From the NCBI GenBank assembly GCA_964187785.1, contig OZ076413.1, positions 49,354,001-49,418,000 of the forward strand: a stretch of 64,000 nucleotides of DNA, written 5' to 3'. Under the pieces are notes generated by a model. It saw only the letters and a program-made list of their open reading frames with translations, was not told the origin of the DNA and did not search any database. Every line of letters starts with the position of its first letter. The first letter of the stretch is position 1. This stretch comes from Amphiscolops sp. MND2022 (Eukaryota). Shown in pieces: positions 23,434 to 36,900 of this stretch. A program made the translations under genes and the position numbers.

Positions 23434-24713
23434 TAAGACAGAACCGGGTTGAATAATTCAATTATTAAAATCGGAAAACTGACAAAAGTCGTTGTATTAT
23501 TTCGATCTTTATCAAAGTGAGGGTATGAGATTAATAATCTTTTTACAGGAATATGGCTATATATACTCGTAAAAAGATGACACTCACATTCCACAAATTC
23601 TTTGATCAAGAAAAACATCACATGACTATGGTTCCAACAGGTCATGTGACAAATGTTATCACAGCGTTGGGTAAGTTATTCAGCACTTCAAAGCGGATAT
23701 TTTAGGGTGATGTCCCGATTGGGGAAATTCCTAGTTTCGGGGTAGTCCTTAGGAATTCAACATCAAAGGAATGATGTTTAAAAGTGTACACAAGCAGCAC
23801 CTTCAAGTATCGTGTTTACAAACATCACCAACATTGTCCTGTCAACAAATACCAATGTCTATTGAAGGAATGCAAAAGGCATCTCTTTGAAACGTACTTG
23901 TGACACGCGCTACCACGCGCCTATTATTTAACGTGAGTAGGATCTTGATTAAATATTACATGATCAGTTCTGCTTAAAATACTACAGCACTATTAAAATA
24001 ACACACTTTCTGATTATGCCGAAAATGGACAAAATCCGGTTTATTAATACAGCACTATAATAAAAGAGGGTAAAAGCCTTATTCGGCTTTTAAGTAATCA
24101 CTGAGTTTGTTAAGCTCGTTGCACGGTGTTGGCACTTTCATTCGTTATTAAGGGTACATTTACAGTAATTCACGATTAGTACACTCAATTAACACACATA
24201 TAGGCTATTCCAATGAAGTGGCCGGAACCGGCCATTTGACTAAAAGGCACAATTATTGAGTCAATTGGCCATACTCGGCCATTACATAATCGGAGTGGTA
24301 TTACTTATAGAAAAGGAGCAACGTGATTGGTTAAGGAGTTGAGCTCAAGTGACGTCTCCGGAATAGGAGTTTCGTTCACTTGAACTCGTTTCCTTTCTAC
24401 TGCACAGCTACATTGTCACGTATCACGTTTACAATAGCAAAGCATCTTTCAATCTTCTGAAGTTACAAATACACCATTTGAATCTTCAAATGTAACTTTT
24501 AACAGACTAATTTTACATGTGCAAGTATATATATATATATATCGAAGCTAACAACATCAACAAACACATTACGTATTGAATAACAAAACAGTATGAAAGT
24601 TCTAAGTTTGTAGATTAACCCAATTTAATAAATGGGTAATGTTCCGGGTACGAACTCTTGTCCAGTTGCCGACGTTGTCACACTCGTACCGTCACAGGCG
24701 GCAGCCTGCGACA
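22842..24713 (-). repeat. 5' LTR of element A (1872 bp)
   Basis: Direct repeat of 8470-10340, bounded by the TSD and the PBS. Confidence 0.95.
23558..23565 (-). promoter_or_regulatory. Candidate LTR TATA box (TATATATA), ~125 nt upstream of the gag ATG
   Basis: Motif and position parallel TATAAATA in the element B LTR. Confidence 0.45.
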
Positions 24714-24718
24714 GTAGA

Positions 24719-25030
24719 GGTTCCATTTTATTCGAGGAAAGTTACCCTGGGTTTCGGTCGCTTTGACAGTGATCTGGTGAAGCGGCCGCGTGGTCCCCGT
24801 AGTCCTGTTCCTGTGTTGTTTGGTTCTTGTTCAATTTCAGTAATTGGATTACTCATACTTTTTCTTTGAAAAATGTTGTCGTTCGAAGTAGTAATCGTGT
24901 GTTTTGTGCTCAATACTGCTCATTGTAGCCTATTGGAATATTCACTGTCAAATTTTGATTTCTGTGGAGTTTCTAAGTTTTGGGTTTTTCTTTTGTTTCA
25001 TGGGTAGCTGGTCAGGCTCCGCTGAACTAG
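24719..25030 (-). mobile_element. Old Gypsy integrase C-terminal fragment into which element A inserted
   Basis: STKHTITTSNDNIFQRKSMSNP...RGPRGRF matches GTKHTITTDTNNVIHRKLLSNP...RGPDGKF at ~32853-32985; right boundary approximate. Confidence 0.65.
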
Positions 25031-25475
25031 TATACCTGCAAGATGTCAGTTTTGGCTTAAAATAGAATTTTATACCACGTACCAATAATAGGTATGCAAA
25101 CATCTGTTAAAGAGTTTAAACTTGAATTTCTGAGAAATTCGAAGAAGTGATTGTATTTGCCGATTATTTTAGTTAGCTGAAAGTGCCGATCAAAAAAACT
25201 TCAAAGTTGGATCATTGCCACTAAAGTGCTCTGTGAAATCGGGTAGACAAAGAACTAGCGTTTCCTGAGAAATTCAATTTTTCGTTGATATGATTATCAG
25301 TTACAAAGAGGTGGGAAAAGGAATTGAAATAAGCCCAGACACCGCTTCACAAAAAATCACAAAACTGATACCAACAGCGCAGACTTCCGATTCATTACTT
25401 TTTAATTGATTGAAACTCTCACATTGCCTGCAAGTCTAGTTGCTTCAAACTGAGATCTACGTGATTGTTTTTTAG

Positions 25476-25691
25476 TCAACTTCTCCCCTAAATGGATTGG
25501 TTATGACAAATCTGAATGCTGTGAATGTGGTTTCAATGCGGTCAGTCAGCGAGCCAAACCAATTTGTGCATGGTATACTGGGCAACGTGAAAACCGTGAT
25601 TGTCGTAGATTGGAGAGCACTAGTGATGTTTCTAATTGCGGTGTACCAAACTCTATTTCATGTTCAGTTGTGACTGGGAATCCACCTTGCA
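25476..25691 (+). CDS. Probable host exon encoding a Cys-rich thrombospondin type-1 (ADAMTS-like) module
   Basis: ttttttag acceptor, gtgagt donor, 216 nt, phase 1-1, open frame NFSPKWIGYDKSECCECG...QRAKPIC...DC...NC...SC...PPC. Confidence 0.65.
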
Positions 25692-26217
25692 GTGAGTTTT
25701 TTTAATCAATTCAACAATTGAAAATTTCAAACATGATTCAAATTAGCTCTGAATGAAAATATGACAGTGTCCAGTTTTTGTTTAGCATAAACATGAAAGA
25801 TTAACAGCTGCGGGATCTAAGATCCCCCCACTTGTGGATTCCATCCTAGTTTTGAAGAAGAATACATTTAATTACTATTGTATGCAAAATGTATACAAAT
25901 GGAGTTTTTTTTCTATTTTTTAGACATTTTTCATTTGTTCGAAACAAGCCATTTGAGCATATTATGTGCTTCTTTTCTACCCTTTGGGCCAAAACATTCA
26001 ACTGTACGCCGAGAAATTCTCTTCTTGAAAGAAGATGAGTGCTTCAACTAACAAAAGTCAATGATAGATCTAAAAATTGTAGTAAAACGTGGACTTGTTT
26101 TGCTAGAAACACAAGTTTATATTCAGTTAAAAAACGTTTTTTTCTTCGTGTCGTTTGATATAACCGTTATGATGACGATCAGCAAAAAAATACTAGATTG
26201 AAATTCTTTAATTACAG

Positions 26218-26380
26218 AAGCCACAAAATTTTCCGCGCAAATCTCATCTGCTGAGCTGCTGGGGAACTCACCCGTATTTCGAGAGATGAATGTGCATATT
26301 GTGCACAAGAACCCGCCGGGTAACGTTGTTTGGTGCATCTCCTACTTCCAACTTCCGGTACATCTGTTCCATGTCGGCCA
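26218..26380 (+). CDS. Possible next host exon (unknown domain)
   Basis: ttaattacag acceptor and gtaagt donor; only the phase-1 frame, which is compatible with the previous exon, is open. Confidence 0.3.
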
Positions 26381-27219
26381 GTAAGTTGATCCCTTTACCA
26401 AAACGGAAAGTTACAATGCAACGAATAGAGAGCGGAAGACACCAGTCAATTGCACGTGATAGTCTTGCCATATACCCCATATAGCGGTGTACGAAGAGAC
26501 TATTTCTACAAGACTTGAATCAATTTTATACCCGCTAAAAAGTGATACATGGGCTGGAAAAAAACAAAACTTCAATGTTAAAGGCGAGAGCCAGAATAAC
26601 ATCTAAAGCCACGTCATGCTAATCCCCTATGTTAAAGAATTGAATTTTAGACGTTATTCCTTTAAACGTTATTCCCCGAAACACTTTTGGGCGTTATTAG
26701 CGCTACTAGAAACTTACAAAATGCAATACATATGTATATACCGAGTTGATAGGTAAAATAGCCTGAAGGATTTGGAGCAGAACAAGATTTTCTAGTACGG
26801 ACCAGCCTATAATCAGCTTGAAATTATTAAACTTTTGAGGTTAAATAATGATCTGAGAATTATGTTTCACCGTAGATCAATTTTGAATAGATCAGCATGA
26901 GATGGTAAAATCAGGTAGTTGTAATATTGGCAAAAATCGGAACATTGGATTGACAAATAGAAAAATTCATTACTGAGTGAGATTAATAAAAGTAATCAAC
27001 TTCATAGAATAGGCAATTCTATGGATAAAACTAAACTAACTGATTTGCAATGAAGTCCTTCTCAATAACGTCATGATGAATATAAACAACGACAAAAATT
27101 CAAACCTGTATCAAACGAACGTCAAGAGATATCTATTGTTTATCTACATGACAAAAATTACCGTGACAAAATGTTCCAATTGTGTTAGGCAACTCAAAAT
27201 CAAATAATGAAAACTACTG

Positions 27220-27632
27220 ACAAGCCGGCAACGGCTCAAGTCGGTGCCCCCCTCAAAGGTCAAAAGAGTAAAGTTTTTTAAATATGCAAAAAGACACTAT
27301 TAATGAAAATTTTTCACTCTTACAGTACCAAAAAATACCAATATACTTCAGATATAACGTCAAAAATTCGGATATAGTGCAATTTTTCGAAGCTCAACCA
27401 CCTCTTTATTGAAACGTAACTGATATAACGTCAAAAAATTGGAAATAACGTTTGGGGCCACTGAGAAGACCTAATTTTACGGCTGTCAAAAAATTGAAGG
27501 GTTCACTCTTCGGAGACATCAAAAAATGATTTGAATAAATTCTCACAAAGCCAAAGAAATCAAAAAGGGGGTCCCCGGATAATGCAAATGCACGAAAAAC
27601 TTGTGGGCTGAGGCAGGAACTCGAACCCGCCG
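27220..27632 (-). mobile_element. Truncated HINE/DINE-1-like element related to 30554-31112
   Basis: ACAAGCCGGCAACGGCTCAAGTCGGTGCC end with hairpin; shared internal blocks and a B-box-like GTTCGAGT. Confidence 0.55.
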
Positions 27633-30553
27633 TCAACTCGTAGAGTGTTGGCGAAAACATTACCGTTCTGTTAATTGCCCAATGTAAATTGCTGACGACC
27701 GTCTGGGAAACCCTCAAGCACTTGTAATTATCCACCGATATCGTATCTAAAAGAACGGCACACAAAATATAAATGCTAGCAATTTTGGAGCCAAAAATTA
27801 CAAAAAAGGCAGAGGATCTGAGACGGCGAACAACAGGAAATAATTCTGAGACACCAAAGCCCTATTCTACTATTCCATTGACTTCATCCTGCTCTCTTTC
27901 TCTCTCACACACATTTTCTCAATCTCCCTTTCTAATTTGATTTCCGTCCAATTATAGACTCGGGTCTGTCGCAAGCGAAATTCATGTAAGGACGGAGACA
28001 TATTAAGTGAAAGCCTTTTCAGAAACTGTTTGAAACTCGTGAGTTCAGTGGGTGGAATGATGTAATCCAGGAATGTGTTTGTCAGAAAGTGATCTGGGAC
28101 CGATCTGCGCATCTATTCCTGAACACTAGCGTGACTTTGTCGATCCTTTGCTTCAAGTATTTTTCTTTCAGCAGTCATAAGAGCGTTTTTAAAAGTGATT
28201 ACAAAGTCCTTTTATTGCACTCTCCGTATGTTTTCTGAGGGTAACTTCGGTAGATTTGTTTACTCCGAACTACTCTAGCAAGCAACCTCTCATCACCAAC
28301 GGGAGTTGTGAGTATCCTTGACTTTTTGGGTTTGTAGCCCTGCACCTAGAAAACGGACTTCGCTTTGGTTTATAGGTGTAAACTCAGCACACTGTCAGTT
28401 TAAATTGAATCATTCCTGTTTAGAATGGGATGTTATCATAGAAACGTGGAAACTGTCGGAATTCTTGAGAAGAAAAAGCCAAACCAAAACGCTTCTCAGT
28501 ATTTTCAATTGTGCCGCCGATCTTTGGGAGTTTGCATTTAGAGATACGAGTTGCCCCTTTAAGTTCTAAAATACAAGAACCTTGTTCAGTGTTAATGCAT
28601 CATTTTCTGAGTAAACCTGTGATTGTCATTTAAAATATTACTAAAAGCTTTCAAGAGTCTCTATGATTGCAAATTTAAAAACAAACAGCATTTCATGTGA
28701 AATTATTCACACTGTCATGCATAAAGATCTTCACACTTATTCACACTGTCATGCAATCTTTTTCACAGATAGGGTGTTGATTTTCGTTTCTATAGTGTTT
28801 CAAAAGTCTTGACCAAACAAACAAAATACTTCACAGATTTTCACAGAAGAATCTATTCGAACTTTTAGTGCGAACGTGCATTTTTTGTTAGTTTCTTGAT
28901 TCTTGATACTACCACAGTGACCACCGGTGGAAATACTTTGTTGCCCATTTCAACACATTTCCCACACACGGCCAATGTTGAAATAATGCTTTATCGAAAG
29001 TTCCCCCCACCCAACTACCGGATCGTGCAAATTTTCTCGGTGAATTTTTACGTATCGGTATAAGCTCAAGCGAATCGGTACGTTTCCAGCTGGAATTCCC
29101 ATTTTAAAGCAATTTTACTTAAATTCAGGTTTGCCTTAAGGGTTCAGGGTAGCATTAAGGATGCTTTTAGGCACCGCGTTTGCTGAAGCCGCTCGTCAAG
29201 TTGGCAATGAGGCTCAAAATACCTATTCTGGTGGGATCAAATCTAAAGTCGTATTCCTGATAGAACTATTTCTAAAATCATTGTTTTCTGATAGAATAAG
29301 ACCTGAAATCTCTCCTTTCTGGTGGAATAAGATCTTAACTAGCTTTTAGAATGAAACAATACCTAAAATGATTGCTTTCTAATGAAAAAAAGTATAAAAT
29401 CACTGTATTGCGGTGAAATAATGGTTAAAATAATTGTATTCAGGTTGAATAAGATCTGAAATTATTATATTTTGGTTGAATAAGGCGGCCTAAAATCACC
29501 GTGTTTGCAGTTTTTGGAGAATCTATCTAAAGTTTCTTTCGAAGTAATTTTCAAACCAATGATCCATTCAGACGAAGCAATCATTTAGTCCCAATTTCGA
29601 TAATTCTTTTCATGTTTTATGAGCCACCGGTTGAGTTATACTGCCCTCCCCCCGTTTAGCTATTGTCATGGTCATCGTTGTCACCCCAGGTGATGATAAA
29701 GTTCAGTGAAAATTGTCAGGGTACAAAAAAGTTTTGAAGAACTTGTTTTTTTTCCAAGTTTTAACGTGAACAGAAAACTTTTGTCTGAAATCTTGCATGG
29801 AGGATAATTGCTACTTGTTTGTTTTAGAATATTCGAGGTGGAACTTACAGATTCTACTTGCAATACAGCTTGCGTCATGGACTATGAAGCCGGCTTCGAC
29901 AAGATAAACATTCAACCACTCAAAAATGCGCAATATTTCGAATGGGGTGCACCCTGGGTTAGAATTTCGTTCCCTTTCCTCTGAAAGACAATTTGTGTTT
30001 GATTGGTTAGATATCAAACTTTATGAGCACGATCACTATTTCAAAACAGTTCCATGGAAAATCCAAAATTTTCAATTTTTTTCTATTTTTTTACTTTCAT
30101 TTCTTCTCTCACCGAAAAAGACAAAAAAACCTTTCCTGGACCTCTGTTGCCTCACTTATATGGGCTGTCAGATAGGATCGCTGTGGGTGGGCGGAAAATT
30201 ACAATTATTGAAATTGTTCCTCAAAATTTCGTTTTCTGGTTCTTTGTTATTTGATAGTTTACTGACTATTTTTTGTCTTTCCTAACCCGGGCTGACCCTC
30301 CATTCAAGTCGCAGTACAAAAGTACACTGATCGCAAGACGATCATGCCAAAATTTTAGCCGTGGTCTCTCCAAGATTCGTACCACAAAAGGCGGGATGTC
30401 GCTGTAAGATTGTACATTGGAACTTCTTATGGAGTTCGTATAGAGTGTCCACAACGCGCGGCTCAAAAGAATTACTGCAACTTCAAGTCAATTTTTTCCA
30501 TTACATTGCAAAATGGCAGTATGATTGTGAACTGTTGAGCTATTGTAAGTTCG

Positions 30554-31112
30554 AACAAGCCGGGAACGGCCCAAGTCGGCGCCATATCTAAGGCTCAAAA
30601 ATAGCAAAAGGACTTCAAAGTGTCAAGTATTCTCTTCTACAGTACCCGCGTGAGGAAAAATTTAAAAAAATCCGAATTTTTTTGAATTTTTTTTCGAAAT
30701 TTTTTGGTCTCCGGTAAGTCGCATAGTGCCAAAAAATTGTAAAAGGGGCTCTTTGGGAGGTTTTGAACATCCATTCTTATGCAAAATAGAAAAAAATGAA
30801 GGGTGGACCCTTTGGAGACATTAAAAAAATTTGCGAAAAAAGTCTCACAAAGCCGAAAAAAACCTGCACAAAAAAATTTGATCAAGGACGGGACTCGAAC
30901 GCACGTCCTTCTGCTTGGCAGACCTCAAAAAGCTTAATTAACCTCTATGCCAAGTGCCAGCAGTGATAGCTAGCGTTGCGGTTACTGTTAGTGCAGTTAC
31001 TGTAAGTCAGCTCAGCTATTTATAACTCTTTATAAAATCTGTCAGTTCGTTGGTCTTAAAAAAAGGTCACTACTATAGTCTGCGTTTTTCTTCAAAAAGC
31101 GCCGACTAAAAA
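30554..31112 (-). mobile_element. Helentron-associated non-autonomous element (HINE/DINE-1-like) with an internal tRNA-like segment
   Basis: Subterminal IRs AGTCGGCGC (30574) / GCGCCGACT (31099); terminal hairpin GCCG-GGAA-CGGC; ACAAG end; minus-strand A-box TGGCATAGAGG and B-box GTTCGAGTC at ~30890-30955. Confidence 0.65.
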
Positions 31113-31188
31113 TATGGTGTCGTCATTCACATCCTCGGACTTGATTGTCAGCCCTTTTCACTTTTACTTTCGTTTCTAAGTGATAGGG

Positions 31189-33859
31189 TGTGGAGTGAGT
31201 CTAGAGGTCAGACTAATTTGCATAACATGTAATCTTATTAAAGTACCTGCCACAACACTGTTAGCTAAACGAACATACTTTATTAGTATACCAATGAGAA
31301 AAGTTCGAATACAGTATTACCCTCTCTTATCTTTCTATACCATTGAGAATACAACATGGCGCAGTCAGAATGACTTCAAATAGTTCAAAAATTATCACGA
31401 ACGAGGCGACGGGACCAAATTCTTCTAGTGAAAAATCCGAAAGAAGAGGAAGAAATAAACCTCACCAAAAAATCGCACTACCGATCTTCGAAAAGAAGAC
31501 CATTCAAGAGGCGAAGTCATGGTGGAGTAGGTTTATACAATACGTCAAAATGACACAAGACATAGACCTAAAAAACATGACAACCATCGAAGAAATATTA
31601 CCTGAAGTTAGAGATGAACTGGAAGTAAAGATCAAAGACATATTCATTTGGGCATTGGGCGAAGCTGCAGTAACCGAGATGACGAAAGGCGAGTAAAACA
31701 CAACTAAACAAAGAATGGGATCTGGAGGAAACGACCCGTCAAGTGGATCAAAAATTCGCCACAGATCTAAAAACAATAGTGGGGGAAACCACCAACGACA
31801 AAAAACTTCTAAAAACAATGATGTGCATAGAAAGAAAGACCCTCGAACAAGTACCGGAAGAGTATAAAGAGCACAAAAAGCACATATAAAGATTCGGCGT
31901 TGTCTTTTATGACGACAAAAAATTATCCCCCTATTGTTGAGAAGAACGATCATTACTTTACTTAACAAGGGACACCCAGCGATCAACAAAATGTCTGCCA
32001 CAGCCAAGCCGTTTTGGTGGCCGAAACTAACAAAGGAGATACAGAACAAATGTGACGAATGTATACGCTGCAAAATGGCCGGTAAGTCCCTTAAACCACA
32101 AATTCCCACGTTAAAAATAAATTACCTACCACCGGCCGATAAACCAAATGAAGAAAACCAACTGCATTTCATCGGTCCAATAAGATTCAAGCAACGAAGA
32201 TTCTTTATATTAATCTCCATCGACCGATATAGCAGATGGCCAGCGACATGTATATGCGAGGCACCAACCGGAAAAACTGCAAAAACCTTTTTGGAACAAA
32301 AACACTTCTTAAATGTTATACCGCAAACGATTAGAACAGACAAAGGAACGGCTTTTACAGGAAACGAATTTAGATCAATATGTCAAAAACTAAACATAAA
32401 ATTAATATATGGTACACCATATATACACACAGCAACCGGCTTAGTTGAAAGAGGCATAAAAACATTGAAAGATTTAACGAGAACAAATCTGGAAGATAAC
32501 TGTACCGTAAGCGAAGCGCTAAGCCGATCACTAACAGTCATGCGCACGACGGTCTACTCAAGTATATAAGAAATGCCGTTCAAAAGGCACTATGGAAGAG
32601 AGCCAAGAACGGAAATACCAAGCTATTTAAACTTACCAACGGATATAAATGAAATTGTTTCAGCACGACCGGAAACCCTCCACGTGTACTCATTCAACAA
32701 GGGAGATGACGAGTACGACCAGTTGATAATGAAGGCCCAACAAAAATGGAAATGCGATGTTGGTAACAAATTTCCATACCATTTTCTAGAAAAAACAAAA
32801 CAAAAACAAGTTCGAAAGTAATTATAAAACAAAATCACAAACAGCCTGAAAGGGAACAAAGCATACTATAACCACGGACACAAACAACGTTATACACCGA
32901 AAATTACTTAGTAACCCGTTACCAAACTCATTTCAGAACCCCTTATCCAGACGGGGAAACAGCAGAGGACCAGACGGAAAATTTGCCCAAAAGACACTAC
33001 CACAAACAGAAGGAGACACTGAAGAAGAAGATCCAGAACATATAGAAGAAACAGAGAGACAAGACCCAAGCACCCCAAATACGTCAACTGACTCCCTTGA
33101 CGATAGCTTTGATTTCGCAGCACCGATAAAAATTGGAAGAAGAAAGCCAAAACAGCCAAGAAATAACATTACAAACCACACTGGTGGAAAACAACCTAAA
33201 AGGCATATGGAAAACATGAAGATCAACAAGCGATTGCAACCCTAAACGAAGACTCCAACACCATAACCATTGTCGATAAGATGTGTATTGTTGATAACTA
33301 TAATAAGAAACGAAAATAATAGAACCAGAAAACAATAATGTACAAGTTCGAAGATCAACCTGTATTAAAACCGCTAATCCAATAATTAGACTAGGAAATC
33401 CACTAACATACTAATATCTACAGGAAACACCATAGAAAAGATGACCAGTCAACGAGCGGAGCAGTTTGGAGAGTAGTCAGCAAGAACGGCGAGAAGACGC
33501 GAAGAAGAAAGGAGAACGGAGAGAACAAGAAGCATCAAAAACATTCACGGTAGTGAAGAGGAGAGACAATAAAACACCAGTGATAGGTGCTATTTGAGTT
33601 ATAGCACACTTACATGTAAAACAATATGTATACGTACTTTTGCTCTTATTTTGCTTACATTAAGTTACATTTATGATATTTAAATTATTACCCAATAGGG
33701 GGGAATGTGGAGTGAGTCTAACGGTATTATGTGATCTTATTAAAGTACCTGCCGCAATACTGCTAGCTACATGAGCATATTATATTATTATACCATTAAG
33801 AAACGCTAGAATACAGTATTACCCTCCATTATTTTTCTATTACCATTGAGAAAAAAACA
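31189..33859 (+). mobile_element. Old, internally deleted Ty3/Gypsy element C: short LTRs 31189-31356 and 33706-33859, gag stub fused to a decayed integrase
   Basis: Diverged TG...CA LTRs; PBS TGGCGCAGTC (tRNA-Ser-like); PPT AGGGGGGAA; integrase GHP...CDEC, IDRYSRW, TDKG, VERG; PR, RT and RH missing. Confidence 0.88.
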
Positions 33860-33913
33860 GAGCGGGAAATGAAAAAAAGTAAAATTTAATCGCATGGACT
33901 TTTTCCGAGAAAA

Positions 33914-36900
33914 TGGAGAAACTCCAAAACGTTTTTGGGCAATGTTGGACTAATTTTGTCTATGTTCTTCAAATGTCAGTCCTACGATTTCGATTTTATT
34001 GCACCGTAATAGGACTCTAGTTTGGCTTAAGAGGACTAAAAACTTTCGCCCGAATCGTGTGAACAGATTTCGGGAAAATTGAAACAGTACAAAAGTCGCG
34101 GCTTTTTTGTCACTCTTGGGGTAATTTGGCTATGTTTTTCAGATCCCAACCATACGAGTTTGATGCATTGCGCACGCCGGAGCACCTTTGTGTGTAGAAA
34201 AACTGTGCTAAATTTTATAAAAAAAAGTGTTTGGACAGTTTTCGAGAAATCAAAATTTTCATTAAAAGGTCGGGAGAAAAAAGAACGATTGCGTAAGCGG
34301 TGAAAAAAACTGCTCTCATGTGATGCAGGATGCTATATCCGAACTTTGGAAGCGTTTTCTGAACAAGAAAGTCACCCTTTGGGTGTATTGACACTTCTTG
34401 TTAGTTTTTCATAAAAAAAAGTTCTGAGCATATTTCAAAATTTCTGCGCATTTTAAGCCTTGAAGGATACGCCAACTTGAGACGTTCCCGTCTTGTTTTT
34501 GTTTTAGTCGGACATTCATGCTCGTTTGACGAATCACATGTTGCGCAATTCATGCAATCGGCTTTCTTGAATTGCTTCGGCCGTTGTTGACTTGTTTTGC
34601 CAACTTCATCTCTTTTCATCACGAGGTCGTCATTTGAACGTGGTAAACGTCTGTTCTGCTATGTAGTTTGTTCCTCTCGGAGGTGAATGGCGGGTGGAGA
34701 AGCCTGTATAGTCGGCACAGTGGAAGCGACTTGAAGTCATTATCTAGAACGGTTTTTGGCATTTAATGCTTTTTGGCCTAGGGCCCACAGGAATGTGTCG
34801 TTCCACAAATAGTGTTCTACGGTATATCGGCAAGGTCCACCTGCAGTTCGTCAAATGTGCTAGATCAAAAACCCAGATCACTTTGATATTTTAGGTGAAT
34901 CTACGTCGCCACAGTTTTAACCTAAGTGCATATGACTTCTTTGATATAGGAATGCCAATCCTCGGTCTGATGGTCAGTTGAAACTGTGGCGGCGTAGATT
35001 CACCTAAAATATCAAAGTGATCTGGGTTTTTGATCTAGCACAATTGACGAGCTGCAGGTGGACCTTGCCGGTATACCGTAGAAAACTATTTGTGGAACGA
35101 CACATTCCTGTGGGTCCTAGGCCAAAAAGCATTAAATGCTAAAGACCGTTCGAGATAGTGACTTTTCGTCGCTTCCACTGTGCCAAGTATGCAGGCTTCT
35201 CCACCTGGAGAAACTCCAAAACGTTTTTGGTCAATGTTGGAATAATTTTGGCTATGTTCCTCAAATGTCAGTCCTACGATTTCAATTTTATTGCACCGTA
35301 ATGGGACTCTAGTTTGGCTTAAGAGGACTAAAAAATTTCGCCCGAATCGTCTGAACAGATTTTGGGAAAATTGAAACAGTACAAAAGTCGCGGCTTTTTG
35401 GTCAATTTTGGAGTAATTTGGCTATGTTTCTCAGATCCCAACCATACGAGTTTGATGCATTGCGCACGCCGGAGCACCTTTGTGTGTTGAAGGACTGTGC
35501 TAAATTTTATAAAAAGTGTTTGGACAGTTTTCGAGAAATCAAAACTTTCATTAAAAGGTCGTGAGAAAAAAGAACGATTGCGTAAGCGGTGAAAAAAATT
35601 CAAACGCCCGAAAAACTGCTCTCATGTGACGCAGGATGCTATATACGAACTTTGGAAGAGTTTTCTGAACAAGCAAGGCACCCTTTGGGTGTATTGACAC
35701 TTCTTGTTAGTTTTTCATAAAAAAAGTTCAGAGCATATTTCAAACTTTCTGCGCTTTTTAAGCCTTGAAGGATACGCCAACTTGAGACGTTCCCATCTTG
35801 TTTTTGTTTTAGTCGGACATTCATGCTCGTTTGACGAATCACATGTTGCGCATTTCATGCAATCGGCTTTCTTGAATTGCTTCGGCCGTTGTTGACTTGT
35901 TTTGCCAACTTCATCTCTTTTCATCACGAGGTCGTCATTTGAACGTGGTAAACGTCTGTTCTGCGATGTAATTTGTTCCTCTCGGAGGTGAATGGCGGGT
36001 GGAGAAGCCTGTATAGTCGGCACAGTGGAAGCGACGAAAAGTCATTATCTAGAACGGTTTTTGGCATTTAATGCTTTTTGGCCTAGGGCCCACAGGAATG
36101 TGTCGTTCCACAAATAGTGTTCTACGGTATACCGGCAAGGTCCACCTGCAGTTCGTCAAATGTGCTAGATCAAAAACCCAGATCACTTTGCTATTTTAGG
36201 TGAATCTACGTCGCCAGCGTTTTTCCCTAAGTGCATATGACTTCTTTAATATAGGAATGCCAATCCTCGGTCTGATGGTCAGTTGAAACTGTGGCGGCGT
36301 AGATTCACCTAAAATATCAAAGTGATCTGGGTTTTTGATCTAGCACAATTGACGAGCTGCAGGTGGACCTTGCCGGTATACCGTAGAAAACTATTTGTGG
36401 AACGACACATTCCTGTGGGTCCTAGGCCAAAAAGCATTAAATGCTAAAGACCGTTCGAGATAGTGACTTTTCGTCGCTTCCACTGTGCCAAGTATGCAGG
36501 CTTCTCCACCTGGAGAAACTCCAAAACGTTTTTGGTCAATGTTTGAAAAATTTTGGCTATGTTCCTCAAATGTCAGTCCTACGATTTCAGTTTTATTGCA
36601 CCGTAATGGGACTCTAGTTTGGCTTAAGAGGACTAAAAAATTTCGCCCGAATCGTCTGAACAGATTTTGGGAAAATTGAAACAGTACAAAAGTCGCGGCT
36701 TTTTGGTCAATTTTGGAGTAATTTGGCTATGTTTCTCAGATCCCAACCATACGAGTTTGATGCATTGCGCACGCCGGAGCACCTTTGTGTGTTGAAGGAC
36801 TGTGCTAAATTTTATAAAAAGTGTTTGGACAGTTTTCGAGAAATCAAAACTTTCATTAAAAGGTCGGGAGAAAAAAGAACGATTGCGTAAGCGGTGAAAA

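Larger units (their letters stand above)
8470..24713 (-). mobile_element. Full-length Ty3/Gypsy LTR retrotransposon A (~16.2 kb)
   Basis: Two ~1.87-kb direct repeats with TGTCG...CGACA ends; TSD GTAGA at 8465-8469 and 24714-24718; PBS; gag; pol in PR-RT-RH-IN order. Confidence 0.97.

Noticed and set aside
30885..30960. Functional tRNA-Gly gene
   Set aside because: No proper acceptor stem; embedded in a repeat element
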